A DNA stretch of 54,282 nt, from the NCBI GenBank assembly GCA_009903855.1, contig WYEK01000027.1, forward strand, positions 1 to 54,282, written 5' to 3'. Of this stretch, positions 28,324 to 37,155 are shown piece by piece (position 1 is the stretch's first letter; each line of letters opens with the position of its first letter). The notes beneath the pieces were generated by a model. It had not been told where the DNA came from, did no database searches, and worked only from the letters and a program-made list of their open reading frames with translations. The translations under genes were made by a program, and so were the position numbers. The DNA comes from Thermocrinis sp. GTDB taxonomy: Bacteria > Aquificota > Aquificia > Aquificales > Aquificaceae.

Positions 28324-28352
28324 TTGACCTATAACAAAGGATGTAAGATAAT
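28324..28352 (+). promoter_or_regulatory. Sigma70 promoter for aroA (probably leaderless)
   Basis: TTGACC-17 nt-GATAAT, 7 nt before the GTG at 28360, no SD. Confidence 0.6.
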
Positions 28353-28359
28353 CTTTTAA

Positions 28360-29652
28360 GTGAAAAGCGTAAGGAAAGGTCGGTGCCTAAAAGGTGAGCT
28401 AAGGGTTCCCTCTGACAAATCCATTTCCCACAGGGCGGTTATACTGCCAGCTTTGGCGGAGGGAGAAAGCTATGTTCAGGAGTGGCTCTTGTCCAAAGAC
28501 ACTTTGGCAACCCTTAACATAATAAGAGCTTTGGGTGTTAAAGTCCGGCATAAAAATGGTACTTTAAGGATAAAGGGTTCAAACTTTGAGCTTTCGGAAC
28601 CTCAAAGGGTCCTTGACGCAAAGAACTCGGGCACCACAGCCCGGCTCATGCTCGGCGTCTTGGCTACTCAAAGATTTTTTGCGGTCCTCACGGGAGACCA
28701 AAGCTTGAGAAGAAGACCCATGCTCAGGGTGGTGGAACCTCTAAGAAGGATGGGTGCCCACTTAGATGGCAGAGAAGGGGGAGACAAGCTACCCATTGCC
28801 ATAAGGGGCGGAGCGCTAAAGGGTATATCCCTCTTTAACAAAAAGGCATCTGCTCAGGTAAAATCCTGCGTGCTTTTGGCTGGGTTAAGGGCAGAGGGTA
28901 TTACAGAGGTGTATGAGCCCTACCTCTCTCGGGACCACACTGAAAGGCTACTTTCTGCAATGGGTGTAAAGCTCATCTCCTACGATGGAAAGGATGGCAG
29001 GGTTGTAAAGCTGGAGGGAGGGCAGACCTTGAAGGCTACGGAGATCCTTTGTCCCGCGGACCCATCCTCCGCCGCCTTTTTCACTGCGGGCGCGGTCCTA
29101 TTGGAAGGTAGCGAGATTTTGCTTAAAGATGTCCTTGTAAATCCTACAAGGGATGGCTTTTTTAGAAAGCTAAGAGAGATGGGTGCCCATGTGCAGTATG
29201 AAAACCTGAGGGAAATATCCGGCGAGCCCGTTGCAGATGTGTACGTCAAATACTCGGGAGGGCTAAAGGCGGTGGATGTTCATCCTGAAGAGGTGCCAAG
29301 CCTTATTGACGAAATCCCTATACTTGCGGTAGTTATGGCCCACGCACAGGGTGTTTCTACTGTTAGAGGAGCGGGAGAGCTTAGGGTAAAAGAGAGCGAC
29401 CGTATAAAGGCAATCGTGGAGAACCTAAGAAGGATGGGTGCCAAGGTGGAGGAGTATGAGGATGGCTTTTCTATTGAGGGGGGAACTCCCTTACGAGGTG
29501 CCCTCATAAAAACCTACGGAGACCACAGAATAGCCATGAGCTTCACCATCGCTGGGCTTACTGCAGAGGGAGAAACCCAAATAGACGATCCAGAGTGCGT
29601 GGCAGTTTCATACCCTACTTTCTTCCGAGACTTAGAAAGGCTCACATGCTAA
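28360..29652 (+). CDS. aroA: EPSP synthase
   Basis: DKSISHR, NSGTTAR, SAQVKS, RDHTER, RVKESDR, DHRIAM. Confidence 0.97.
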   Translation: MKSVRKGRCLKGELRVPSDKSISHRAVILPALAEGESYVQEWLLSKDTLATLNIIRALGVKVRHKNGTLRIKGSNFELSEPQRVLDAKNSGTTARLMLGVLATQRFFAVLTGDQSLRRRPMLRVVEPLRRMGAHLDGREGGDKLPIAIRGGALKGISLFNKKASAQVKSCVLLAGLRAEGITEVYEPYLSRDHTERLLSAMGVKLISYDGKDGRVVKLEGGQTLKATEILCPADPSSAAFFTAGAVLLEGSEILLKDVLVNPTRDGFFRKLREMGAHVQYENLREISGEPVADVYVKYSGGLKAVDVHPEEVPSLIDEIPILAVVMAHAQGVSTVRGAGELRVKESDRIKAIVENLRRMGAKVEEYEDGFSIEGGTPLRGALIKTYGDHRIAMSFTIAGLTAEGETQIDDPECVAVSYPTFFRDLERLTC

Positions 29653-30035
29653 GGAAATTTCTTTTTGAAGATATTCAATACAAAGTCGTATCCCTAATTG
29701 TGGGCTTTTTACTGTGGTCTGCGGTAAACTTTGGAACGAGGGCAAGCCTATCTGTGGAAAAAGAGGTAGAGCTGAAAAACGCCCAAAACAACTATGTCTA
29801 CAAGCTATCAAGAAAAAAGGTCAGGATGAAGGTTAGCTTTGTGGAAAGGCTCGTTTCAGAGAGTGCCTTAGAAAACCTACAGCCCTTTGTGGATGTTAGA
29901 GGTTTAAACACCGGAAGGTATTTGTTAAAGGTGGATGTAAGGAACCCTTATAAATTCTTAGTGCTTGTGGATAAAGTGGAGCCGGAAAGGATTGAAGTTA
30001 TTATTCAGGAAGCCCCCCAAAGGGGGGAAAGATAG
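29646..30035 (+). CDS. YbbR/CdaR-like membrane-anchored protein (single domain)
   Basis: N-terminal KVVSLIVGFLLW TM helix, VDVRGLNTGRY, VEPERIEV. Start corrected to ATG 29646. Confidence 0.6.
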   Translation: MLRKFLFEDIQYKVVSLIVGFLLWSAVNFGTRASLSVEKEVELKNAQNNYVYKLSRKKVRMKVSFVERLVSESALENLQPFVDVRGLNTGRYLLKVDVRNPYKFLVLVDKVEPERIEVIIQEAPQRGER

Positions 30036-30037
30036 TT

Positions 30038-30382
30038 TTATCCGCAGGAGAAGCTGTTTCCGCAACCGCAGGTTCCTGTTACGTTGGGGTTCCTGATGGT
30101 GAATCCACCGCCCATAAAGTCCATAACATAGTCCAGCTCTGCGTTATTTACATAGGGCATGGAGAATTGGTCTATGGCTATCTTGAGCCCGGGGTATTCA
30201 AAGACGAAGTCTGTTTCTTCTATGGTGTCGTCAAAGCCCATGGCATACTGAAAGCCAGAGCATCCGCCGGGAACAACCCTTATCCTGAGGATGGGCTCCT
30301 CTATGTTGTTTTCCTTTGCTATGCGTGTTACCTCCTGAACAGCCCTTTCGGTGGCAAAAAAGTTGTAAGTTACGTTTTGCAT
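30038..30382 (-). CDS. iscA: A-type Fe-S carrier (IscA/HesB family)
   Basis: GGCSGFQY, TCGCGNSF. Confidence 0.9.
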   Translation of the reverse strand: MQNVTYNFFATERAVQEVTRIAKENNIEEPILRIRVVPGGCSGFQYAMGFDDTIEETDFVFEYPGLKIAIDQFSMPYVNNAELDYVMDFMGGGFTIRNPNVTGTCGCGNSFSCG

Positions 30383-30456
30383 GACTTACCTCCTTAAAGG
30401 TTTTATTCTATAAAGAAAAGATAATAGTCCTTTCATAGAATGCAATATGATGGTTA

Positions 30457-31038
30457 TCACCTAATCCCTGCCAAGCTCTCCAGTATGTATCTAAAACTCT
30501 TTGGATCTATAAGCTTTATGCCCACCCGGTCTGCCCACCGATGCAGTCCTTCATCTCCCGTTATCAGGATGGCGTCCAGTTCGTAAGCGAGGAGTAAAAC
30601 ATCCGCATCCTCCTTGCTGTCTATTATGCCCACCCTCAGGGCTTCTCTGTATTTTTCCCTGAGTTTGGTTATTACTTTACCCGTTTCGGTTTCTGTTAGC
30701 CTTCCTGCCTCTCTTGTGTGCTCTTCTGCCACCCTCAAGCCCTTGTTTATTCTGTATCTGACCTCCTCTATGAACTCATACAAAAACTCCGCCGGGATCA
30801 TAAGGTTATATCTCCTTGGGGAACGTATTCGCACCACCAACTCAAACTTGGGCTTTAGCTCTCCAAGGGAGACCATCTTGTTGAACTCTTCATAAACCGA
30901 AAGGGGCATATAAAACTGAGCCTTTGAGTGATAAGCCAAAGAGAGAAAGTTCTCTATGGCACCCATCTGATCCCTTTCAAACTGAGAATAAACATCCGGG
31001 TTTGTAAATACGCTTGTATCAAGCACGAAAATTTCCAT
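30457..31038 (-). CDS. RNA-free RNase P (HARP, Aq_880 homolog; PIN domain)
   Basis: [46 protein letters not shown]; 193 aa. Confidence 0.93.
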   Translation of the reverse strand: MEIFVLDTSVFTNPDVYSQFERDQMGAIENFLSLAYHSKAQFYMPLSVYEEFNKMVSLGELKPKFELVVRIRSPRRYNLMIPAEFLYEFIEEVRYRINKGLRVAEEHTREAGRLTETETGKVITKLREKYREALRVGIIDSKEDADVLLLAYELDAILITGDEGLHRWADRVGIKLIDPKSFRYILESLAGIR

Positions 31039-31102
31039 GTCTGATTAAAATTATACCCGAACCTATGGAAAAATCTATGAGGCGAGGGTTTAAAATAAAA
31101 GC

Positions 31103-31423
31103 ATGCGTTTTTATGGCATTCCATCAGAAGACCGGGCTTTGGAGCTTTTGGCAGGAATGCCCGAGGGAAGGTGGGTGTTTGTGGAGCACTCCACACAAAC
31201 AGAGTTAGATTTAGGGCAGGCAAAGGAAAAACTGAGGGAGATCTTTTTGCTAATAAAGGGCTGGAAGGAGGGCAACAAACACATTCCGCAAACTACTACC
31301 TTTATTTTTGTGCATACGCCCGATCAGCCCAAGCACTTTAAGATCTATGACCTTTCTTCCCTTGGCTGTAGTGTCAGTCTCAACCCGCCAAGGTGGGAAT
31401 GCTATCTCCTTGAGAACAAATAA
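31103..31423 (+). CDS. Hypothetical protein
   Basis: 106 aa ORF with TAAAAT 6 nt upstream; fills the gap between HARP and the MFS gene. Confidence 0.6.
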   Translation: MRFYGIPSEDRALELLAGMPEGRWVFVEHSTQTELDLGQAKEKLREIFLLIKGWKEGNKHIPQTTTFIFVHTPDQPKHFKIYDLSSLGCSVSLNPPRWECYLLENK

Positions 31424-32511
31424 AAGAGTATCCCAACCACAGGAAAGACAACCATCAAAAGGGCGGAGAGTTTGTAGTCGTTGCCCGTCAGGAGCATAAA
31501 AAGGCTCCAGACCCAAAGCCCGGTGGTGGATGCTATGCGCTCGCTCAGAGAAAGAAAGGACATACGAAGGGAGACAGTTTCCAAGGGGAAGAGCTCCAAA
31601 AGTAGAACCCTTGAGGTAGTCCAAAGGTGAGAGAGTGAAAGACCACCTAAAAAGCCTACAAAGAGTAGCAGTTCCCTTGGTGTTGAATATAAAACAATCA
31701 AAAACAAAGACCAAAGGATGAAGCCCAGGGGAAATAGACGCCGTGCCCTTAGTCTGTCCGTTAGTTTGCCAAAGAGCAGTCCACCTAAGACACCACCCAA
31801 GGCAGAAAGCCCGATCACTTTGTATATTTCCCGCTCCTCCAAGCCATAGGCGTGCTTTAGGTATATGCCCATCATAGCAATTAACGTGTTTGCCACTTCT
31901 GTCAGGCTAAGAATGGCAAGGACTAAAAGCAAAAACTTTTTGTCCTTTAGCTCTTTTCGTAGGCTTATGGTGGTTTTTTGTGGTAGGTTTGGAAGAAGGA
32001 AGATGGCTGGCAGGGAGAGGAAGAGAAAAATTAGGGCGGTTTGGTAAAAGACCTCCGGCACCTTTAAAAATTCTGCCAGAAAGAGAAGGCTAAGGGCAGA
32101 GCCAAGGTATCCAAAGGCAACGCCCACGCCGGAGGCAGTTCCCTTGCTTTCAAAACCACCAAGCAGTGAGTTGTAAAAGACCATAGCCTGCTGGTGAAAG
32201 ACCGCCATCAAAAGATAGAGAAAAAGGTTCAAAGCGGGCATGTGGAGGGTAAAGCTAAGAAGAATGCCAAGGACTGAGGTCAAAAGGGTAAAGAGAACAA
32301 AAAACCGCTTGCGGTATGCCCTGCTGTCTGCAAGCTTTGCAAGGGGGACCGCCATAAGAAAGGAGAGAAAAAAGGCAAAGCCATAGAGGGTAGAGTAAAG
32401 CTTGGGGTCTATATGCTTGGTAATGTACAGTGGATAAAAGGTAGAAAAGATGATCGCACCAAGGATGGTTTCTCCTGTATCATAGAGGGCAAAGGAGAGA
32501 ACTTTTCTCAA
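31402..32511 (-). CDS. MFS transporter (UMF1/Atg22-like)
   Basis: Multiple TM helices; FALYD, FYNSLL, SGVGVAFGYLG. Confidence 0.8.
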   Translation of the reverse strand: MRKVLSFALYDTGETILGAIIFSTFYPLYITKHIDPKLYSTLYGFAFFLSFLMAVPLAKLADSRAYRKRFFVLFTLLTSVLGILLSFTLHMPALNLFLYLLMAVFHQQAMVFYNSLLGGFESKGTASGVGVAFGYLGSALSLLFLAEFLKVPEVFYQTALIFLFLSLPAIFLLPNLPQKTTISLRKELKDKKFLLLVLAILSLTEVANTLIAMMGIYLKHAYGLEEREIYKVIGLSALGGVLGGLLFGKLTDRLRARRLFPLGFILWSLFLIVLYSTPRELLLFVGFLGGLSLSHLWTTSRVLLLELFPLETVSLRMSFLSLSERIASTTGLWVWSLFMLLTGNDYKLSALLMVVFPVVGILFYLFSRR

Positions 32512-32897
32512 GTTGAATATATTATAAAGGTTTTCCTTTTTCCCTTTACCTTGCTTGCGGGAATGTCTTCGCCCTTGAGGAGTTTTTCATAAACCTTTCT
32601 TTTTTCTTCGCCCTTTAGGGCAAAGACCACCACGCAGGAGGAGTTTAGGTATTGGTAGCTCAAGGAAACTCTTTGGGTACCATCTGGAGCAATGGAGGTG
32701 CAAACCTTTGGAGTTATGGTAAGGCAGGGGGAGTTGGGAAAGAGGGATGCGGTGTGTCCGTCCTCTCCCACGCCAAGCAAACACACATCCAAGCCCTGGG
32801 GAAGCTTTCGGGAGTAATCTACGCAGGCGTCCCTAAAGGGCAGTTCTGTATTCACATAGATTATCTTTGCCTTAGCTCCGAGGTTTTCCCGAATGTT
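32508..32897 (-). pseudogene. pgl: 6-phosphogluconolactonase, C-terminal fragment
   Basis: LLGVGEDGHTASLFP, RVSLS, GEEK, IPASKV. The frame extends only to NIRENLG; the N-terminal GGSTP/DER motifs are missing. Confidence 0.8.
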
Positions 32898-33166
32898 TGA
32901 CTATGTCTCCCTCTTCCAAAAAAATCTTCAAGCTGTCTTAAAACATCATCCACCGCAGAGTGGGGAACCATAATCCAAACTACCCTCCTGCCTTCAAAGA
33001 AGTCCTTTACCTTGGAAAGGCTGTCAAAGGTCAAAAAATACTGGCTTGCAATCTTGCGGTTTTCTTCCTTTGGGTCGTAGCCTCCCACCTTATGCCCTCT
33101 TTGGGCTAAGCGCTTTCCCAAACCTTTTCCCATCCCCCCAAGTCCTACAAAAAATATCTCCGCCAT
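32898..33166 (-). pseudogene. gnd: 6-phosphogluconate dehydrogenase, N-terminal fragment with frameshift
   Basis: VGLGGMG, RVVWIMVP, AVDDVL. Removing one base from the 7-mer run at 32918-32924 restores FLEEGDIV, after which homology stops. Confidence 0.8.
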
Positions 33167-33187
33167 AGGAGCCCTCCCGCCCTTATT

Positions 33188-33757
33188 TTAACTTTTCCAC
33201 CTTTTGAAAAGCTCGTGTTCTATCCTTAGGGCATCCAATACCTTACCTACTACAAAATCCACCATTTCCTGCACGCTTTTGGGTTTGTGATAAAAAGCGG
33301 GGCTTGCGGGGATGATTATGCCACCCGCCCTTGCTACCCGTAGCATGTTCTCTATGTGGATGACCGAGTAGGGAGCCTCCCTTATGAGCAGGACAAGGGG
33401 CACCCTCTCCTTGAGGGCGGTTTCACAGACCCGGTGGATAAGGTTTTGATTTATACCGTTAGCAACGCAGGAAAGGGTGCTCATAGAACAGGGTGCCACC
33501 ACCACACCTTTATATTTGATGAGCCTAGAACCGCTGGCTATTCTGTCTCCCACAGCCCTTTCAGAAACAAACCTTACCTTGGGAAACTTCTCTTGGAGGT
33601 CCTTAACGGAGAGCTCAAGCTCCTCCTTTAGCACCAAAGCACCCGCACTGGATATTATGAGGTCTATTTGAAAGCCCTTTTCGTACAGAACCTCCAAAAG
33701 CCTGAGCCCGTATATGCTCCCGCTGGCACCGGTGATGCAAAGGACTATGCTTTCCAA
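33188..33757 (-). CDS. ubiX: Flavin prenyltransferase UbiX
   Basis: ITGASG, IASGS, APCSM, LKER, REAP, PAFY. Confidence 0.93.
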   Translation of the reverse strand: MESIVLCITGASGSIYGLRLLEVLYEKGFQIDLIISSAGALVLKEELELSVKDLQEKFPKVRFVSERAVGDRIASGSRLIKYKGVVVAPCSMSTLSCVANGINQNLIHRVCETALKERVPLVLLIREAPYSVIHIENMLRVARAGGIIIPASPAFYHKPKSVQEMVDFVVGKVLDALRIEHELFKRWKS

Positions 33758-33760
33758 CCC

Positions 33761-34054
33761 TCAGCCCGCCTTAAAGCCCAAGAAAAACCCACCCGCAAAG
33801 GCTGACGAAAAGACCACGGTCTTTAGGGCACCTTTTACAAAGGCATCAACACCGTGAAAGAGGGATTTAAAGAGCACCCAAAACTGCTCCCAGTTTATGT
33901 CAATAATTCCCTTGCTCTGAAGCCAAAGAAGGGAAAGAAGGTAGAGCCCGACGAACATGAGAAATAGGTTTATGAGCTTTTTTACCGCAAAGCCCACCAC
34001 AAAGCCCGCAAAGCCCGCATAACCCAAGTCTGTAAGCAAGTTTTCCCAGTTCAT
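33761..34054 (-). CDS. FUN14-family membrane protein
   Basis: GFVVGFAVKK, KGIIDINW, FAGGFFLG. Confidence 0.8.
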   Translation of the reverse strand: MNWENLLTDLGYAGFAGFVVGFAVKKLINLFLMFVGLYLLSLLWLQSKGIIDINWEQFWVLFKSLFHGVDAFVKGALKTVVFSSAFAGGFFLGFKAG

Positions 34055-35166
34055 TGGTACCTAAAGACGCTAGGATTAAGTATGTCTGGATAGTTGGTGG
34101 TCATCTCATAGTCAAAGAGCTGTTTCCTGATACGCTCCAAATCCCTCTTTTCTGGCTTGAAGGGATAGCTCCTTATATCCGTGGGGGAGCTGTCTCCGAA
34201 GGGTCTGTTGCAGGCAACCTCTGTGGTCTTTCCTCTGCAGCCGGAGGTCATGAAGGGTCTTCCGCTCCAAAAGAGTTCCTCAAAGGTGTCTTTGTCAATG
34301 CCAAAGTCTATAACCTGACCCTTTTCGTTGAACTTCATGTCCTCATATCTGGCTATCTTGTTGTCTATTAGATACCTTGCAAACTGAACCCTTCTGTATT
34401 GAGGTGCAGGGCAGGGCTTTTCTTTTTCCATCATAGAACCTTCCTCTGGCCAGAAGGAGAAAAGGTGCGTCCTTGCTCCCAAATCCCTGACCTTTTGTAT
34501 GGTCTCTATCATCTCCTGTTCTGTTTCTCCCAAGCCCACAATCAGATGACATCCCACGTAGCCATCGCCCATAACCTCACAAGCCCACTCTAAGACCTTC
34601 CAGAAGGTTTCCCACTTGTGAGGGCTGTTCATGGGTTTGCCCCTCAGCCTTTCAAAGACCTCGGGCGTCGCGCAGTCTATGGCAACGGTAACGGTGTCTG
34701 CACCCAACTTTTTATAATCCAGTATATCCTGATAGGTAGTTCCCGTGGCGTTTATGAGTAAAGAGACAAATATCTTATCTCCAAGCTTCCTTAAAACCCT
34801 TTCTAATACCTCTTTGGTGTCCCTTATAGCCCTCAGGTGGGTGATCTGGGCTATACAGAGCCTCTCCACATGCCCTACTTTTTCTGCCCTGTCTATGATC
34901 TCATCCAAGGCAACTGTAGGCCACTCAACCCTTATGAAGTTCTTCTTTGAATACTCCACTTCTCTTGCCTTTTGAAGCCCACAGTAGGCACACGTAGCAT
35001 GACATCCAGAAGGATATGTCAAAAGGGTGTTTATGCAACTGAGCTTAGTGTTTCTGTAAAACTGCCCGGGCACAAGCCCTAAGGTCATGGCCGCAGCCAT
35101 GCTTATCTGAAGGTATTCTGGGCTCTCCTTTTGAACGGTAAGGCTTTCCAAAAGGCTCCTGTGCAT
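34051..35166 (-). CDS. Radical SAM protein, LipS2-like (lipoyl/biotin synthase related)
   Basis: CHATCAYC (Cx3Cx2C), HLIVGLGET, C-terminal TSGC-x8-CNRP similar to the LipS2 TxGC...C(N/D)RP motif. Confidence 0.7.
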   Translation of the reverse strand: MHRSLLESLTVQKESPEYLQISMAAAMTLGLVPGQFYRNTKLSCINTLLTYPSGCHATCAYCGLQKAREVEYSKKNFIRVEWPTVALDEIIDRAEKVGHVERLCIAQITHLRAIRDTKEVLERVLRKLGDKIFVSLLINATGTTYQDILDYKKLGADTVTVAIDCATPEVFERLRGKPMNSPHKWETFWKVLEWACEVMGDGYVGCHLIVGLGETEQEMIETIQKVRDLGARTHLFSFWPEEGSMMEKEKPCPAPQYRRVQFARYLIDNKIARYEDMKFNEKGQVIDFGIDKDTFEELFWSGRPFMTSGCRGKTTEVACNRPFGDSSPTDIRSYPFKPEKRDLERIRKQLFDYEMTTNYPDILNPSVFRYQ

Positions 35167-35214
35167 CCTTCACCTCCTGTGAAGTAATTATAACCTGTCT
35201 TATAATTTATCTAC

Positions 35215-36450
35215 GTGGCACGTGAATGTTTGACACTGCTTGACTTATACAAAGAGACCTTTATTCCAAATACCCAGTGTCTGAAAGATATCTTAAAAAA
35301 AGTCTTCTACTTTCACGAAAGAAAAGGTAGAGAGTTTTCGCTTATACTCGTTGATATTGACAATCTACGGCAAATAAACAGAGAAAAGAGCTACTTTGTG
35401 GGTAATAAGGTGCTTTTGCTTGTGGCGGATACAATAGCTAACAGCATAAGAAAGAGTTATATAGCAGGAAAGTATAAGGGTGGAAGTTTTCTTATAATAC
35501 TTCCGGAAACAGACAAAGAAGGAGCAAAGGTAGTTTCAGATAGCCTTGCAAAAAGGCTTGCGGATATACAAGTAGAAGGATATTCTGTAAGTGCAACAAT
35601 CACTTTATGTAGCTATCCAGAGGATGGAGCATCGCCCGAAGAACTTTTAAACCTTTTGGAAGAACAAACTGCAAAGGCAAAGGGTAAAAATAAACCGATA
35701 ATAACATTTGAAAGCTTTAGAACACGAAAGAAAAGGGAAATAACCGTATGGAATTTCGTCTCTGCCATTGAGGAAAATAGGGTGGTGCCAGCCTTTCAAC
35801 CAATTCTAAACCTTAAGAAAGATTCCATTGAAGGCTACGAGGTTTTAATACGTATAGAAGACCAAGGTGATCACATTCCTGCTATGGCTTTTATAGACCA
35901 GATTTACGAACTTTCCCTTTTAACGGTTTTTGAAGAAATAATCTTTGATAAAGCTATAAACGCTTGGCTTGCAGGGAAGATCAGTGGGAAGCTATTCTTT
36001 AACATGCCCTCTTATTTTGTCAATTACTTGGCAAAGGGTAAGGCAAAGCTTGAGGACTTTAAAAAAGAGCTCACAAAAGCTGGCATTCCTCCAGAGGATG
36101 TAGTGATAGAGATTCCAGAGAGTAGAATCGCAGCTACTACTGAGGAATTAGTAGAGGTGGTCAGTAACATAAGGGCTTTGGGTTTCAAGGTGGCGGTGGA
36201 TGATTTTGGCGTTGAGAATTCGTCCATTGAAAGGCTGTTAAAGACGAAGCCCGATATTGTAAAAATAGATGGGTTCTTTTTAAAGGAGGAGAGAAACATG
36301 CTTAGGTGGATTGTAAAGGGCTTAAAGAAATTGGGTTATGCGGTGGCTATGGAGCATGTGGAAAAGGCAGAGGACTTTGAGCTTGCCAAAAAGCTTGGAG
36401 CGGATTACGCTCAGGGCTTTTACATAGGCAGACCCGAGGTGCTGACTTGA
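35215..36450 (+). CDS. Degenerate GGDEF + EAL protein (probable c-di-GMP phosphodiesterase)
   Basis: GGDEF replaced by KGGSF; AFQPI, EVLIR, DDFG, VKIDG, QGFY present. Confidence 0.85.
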   Translation: MARECLTLLDLYKETFIPNTQCLKDILKKVFYFHERKGREFSLILVDIDNLRQINREKSYFVGNKVLLLVADTIANSIRKSYIAGKYKGGSFLIILPETDKEGAKVVSDSLAKRLADIQVEGYSVSATITLCSYPEDGASPEELLNLLEEQTAKAKGKNKPIITFESFRTRKKREITVWNFVSAIEENRVVPAFQPILNLKKDSIEGYEVLIRIEDQGDHIPAMAFIDQIYELSLLTVFEEIIFDKAINAWLAGKISGKLFFNMPSYFVNYLAKGKAKLEDFKKELTKAGIPPEDVVIEIPESRIAATTEELVEVVSNIRALGFKVAVDDFGVENSSIERLLKTKPDIVKIDGFFLKEERNMLRWIVKGLKKLGYAVAMEHVEKAEDFELAKKLGADYAQGFYIGRPEVLT

Positions 36451-37151
36451 AGGACTTTTTGATTCCAGCCATTGACCTAAAGGAAGGGCGCTTGGTTAGG
36501 CTACACAGAGGACAAGAAGACCAAGCAAAGGTCTATTCGGAGAAACCAGAAGAGGTAGCAAGGTTCTTTGAAGGGCTCGGTTTTTCTCGGCTCCATGTTG
36601 TGGATTTGGACGGTGCCTTTGGGGGCGTGCCAAAGAACCTACAGGCGATAAGGAGCATAAGAAAGGTCTTTTCTGGAACCATTCAGGTGGGTGGTGGCAT
36701 AAGGTCTATGGAAACTCTGAAAATCCTTGACGAAGAAGGTATAAACCTTTTTGTGGTTGGCACTGTAGCCCTCAAGAACCCTCAGCTTTTTGAAGAGATG
36801 TTAACAGCCTTTCCCGGCAGGTTGATACTCTCGGTGGATAGCAAGGGAGGAAAGGTTTCCGTAGGTGGATGGAAGGAGGAGAGTCCATATACACCTCAGG
36901 ATTTGGCTAAAGTGTGGGATCCAAAGCCCATATGGGGCTATCTTTATACGGTGGTGGAAAGGGATGGCACCCTGGAGGGTGTGGACCCAAAGCCCTACGA
37001 GGAGTTCAAAAGGCTTTCAAAAAAACCACTCCTCGCCAGCGGTGGGGTAGCAAGCCTTGAGGATCTGAAAAAACTCTACGGTTTGGTGGAAGGAGTAGTG
37101 GTTGGAAAGGCAATCTACGAGGGTAAAATAGACCTGAGGGAACTAAAATAA
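36447..37151 (+). CDS. hisA: ProFAR isomerase
   Basis: IPAIDL, HVVDLDGA, QVGGGIR, RDGTLEG, ASGGV, GKAIY. Confidence 0.95.
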   Translation: MKDFLIPAIDLKEGRLVRLHRGQEDQAKVYSEKPEEVARFFEGLGFSRLHVVDLDGAFGGVPKNLQAIRSIRKVFSGTIQVGGGIRSMETLKILDEEGINLFVVGTVALKNPQLFEEMLTAFPGRLILSVDSKGGKVSVGGWKEESPYTPQDLAKVWDPKPIWGYLYTVVERDGTLEGVDPKPYEEFKRLSKKPLLASGGVASLEDLKKLYGLVEGVVVGKAIYEGKIDLRELK

Positions 37152-37155
37152 AGCT

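Noticed and set aside
32861-32930. Programmed frameshift making a Gnd-Pgl fusion
   Set aside because: The segments lie in three different frames, with a TAG in the pgl frame at the junction, and both halves lack essential catalytic parts.
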